Positions 62,862 through 64,000 of a DNA stretch of 64,000 bases are shown piece after piece; position 1 is the stretch's first letter; each line of letters begins with the position of its first letter. The notes beneath the pieces were generated by a model. That model was not told where the DNA came from, ran no database searches, and saw only the letters and a program-made list of their open reading frames with translations. The DNA is taken from IMG/VR virus record IMGVR_UViG_3300030108_003689, positions 1 through 64,000 of that record; one strand, written 5' to 3'. The translations under genes and the position numbers were made by a program. The DNA is from a virus.

Positions 62862-63533
62862 CTAAAATAAGGTAACGTCGCCTAATAACTCTTTATATAA
62901 CAGAAATGATATCAGACCGGCGTCCTTTAAGCTCTGAACATTGTCTATATCTTTCATCAAAGCCAGTTTATCAGATCTATTCAACTGTACAGATTGAACT
63001 GGATGATTAAATGTTGTGGCTTTATTGTAGATGAAACGGTTCATTGTGCCGTTTGGACCTGACAAATGGACGAGTGGGCCACCAGCCTCCAACGTCGCCT
63101 CAAACAAACCAGCCTGCTCAGACTCCTGAGCCATACGCATTTCGATGTCATCAGGAATCGCAGGACCAACATAATCAATCACATCAAAAGCACGACGAGC
63201 ATCAAAATCGTCCAGAGCATACGGCTTCGTCTCGTAATAGTAGTCCTCGCCCCGCAAAAAGCGCATATACGCGCCCTGGTCAATCTTATCGCCGACCTCT
63301 GACAACTCATCCATGCGAGCACTGTGCCACTCATTCAGAATTTCGCCACGCTTCGACTCACGATCAGCTTCAGATAAACTGTAGTACTCGGACTCAATCA
63401 TGCCGATTTCGTCAGCCAAATCGTCAAACTGCTGACTCAAAGCACGCCTTTGGTCGTATACCTGCTTGGAATCGCTCAACTCGTACGACTGAGCATAGCC
63501 GTCACCAGTATAAAAGGCATCCTCTGACGCCAT
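62862..63533 (-). CDS. acidic hypothetical protein
   Basis: 223 aa, in operon. Confidence 0.7.
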   Translation of the reverse strand: MASEDAFYTGDGYAQSYELSDSKQVYDQRRALSQQFDDLADEIGMIESEYYSLSEADRESKRGEILNEWHSARMDELSEVGDKIDQGAYMRFLRGEDYYYETKPYALDDFDARRAFDVIDYVGPAIPDDIEMRMAQESEQAGLFEATLEAGGPLVHLSGPNGTMNRFIYNKATTFNHPVQSVQLNRSDKLALMKDIDNVQSLKDAGLISFLLYKELLGDVTLF

Positions 63534-63537
63534 GGCG

Positions 63538-63930
63538 CTAAGCCCCTAACAAAGTGATTGACACAGTACCTGTAGGATTCGTGTTGCCAGCAACGCCAGC
63601 CTCCTGACAAACAGCCATATGAATATAAGCGCTGTTGCCTACAGTGATTCCTTCAGGAACATATGCGTCAACAACCTTGCCAGCAGCGCACTTGTACACC
63701 AAAAACGGATTCGTTGTACCAACAGTTACATTCTGACCCGTTGCACTCGTGTCAGTGTAAAGCTTCAAGTACACATCTTCTGCTGTGTTTGAAGTCGCGT
63801 CAATCTTGATAAAGTGGACCTTGGCAGCCTGCTTTTGAAAAATGTTTTGAACAATAGTCGCGTTAGCTGCAGTCTCAGTGAAAGCCAGCGTAGCGATAGG
63901 GTTTTCTAAATTAGCAAGAAAATCAGCCAC
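63538..63930 (-). CDS. small beta-rich virion protein (paralog family A)
   Basis: VHFIKIDAT..VYLKLY..VTVGTTNPFLVYKCAAG resembles the proteins at 22026..22817. Confidence 0.65.
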   Translation of the reverse strand: MADFLANLENPIATLAFTETAANATIVQNIFQKQAAKVHFIKIDATSNTAEDVYLKLYTDTSATGQNVTVGTTNPFLVYKCAAGKVVDAYVPEGITVGNSAYIHMAVCQEAGVAGNTNPTGTVSITLLGA

Positions 63931-64000
63931 TTAAAACCTCACTTGTATAATACGGTTACGGTTACGTCTTGACCAGGATTACTCGTGTCATTCGTTTGAG

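Noticed and set aside
1-64000. Alternative genetic code
   Set aside because: Standard-code ORFs tile the window densely, all three stops are used at credible gene ends, and no suppressor tRNA was seen

Overview
This window is about 64 kb of a tailed dsDNA bacteriophage genome. It is probably a short-tailed (podovirus-like) phage: adaptor, nozzle and ejection proteins are present and no tape measure or sheath is recognisable. The + strand arm (1-19.4 kb) holds a run of small, translationally coupled early genes, tRNA-Leu(UAA), a pyrimidine-dimer glycosylase, and a replication/recombination module (Toprim primase, VapE-type helicase, SF2 helicase, YqaJ exonuclease, RecT). It continues with tRNA-Asn(GUU), a pair of DUF2589-like genes and a structured non-coding stretch. 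The - strand arm (64-19.4 kb) carries small basic or Met-rich proteins, SSB, terminase, portal, scaffold, major capsid, two duplicated decoration proteins, tail proteins, ejection proteins (a 1192-aa M23 peptidase fusion and a 3434-aa polyvalent protein), fibres and a lysis cassette. No DNA polymerase, integrase, reverse transcriptase or CRISPR array was recognised. The main leads are: (1) six early ORFs joined by a fixed 14-nt junction, all ending in Pup-like GGE/GGQ; (2) an HhH DNA-glycosylase-like domain and a zincin inside the giant virion protein; (3) a 48-aa GemA-like module shared by the portal and the giant protein; (4) a paralog of the VapE helicase lacking the ATPase core; (5) a three-state RNA switch over the primase RBS and a primase/helicase split at an A7 run; (6) the DUF2589 pair followed by a structured RNA. 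All family assignments come from motif recognition by eye, and no searches were run.
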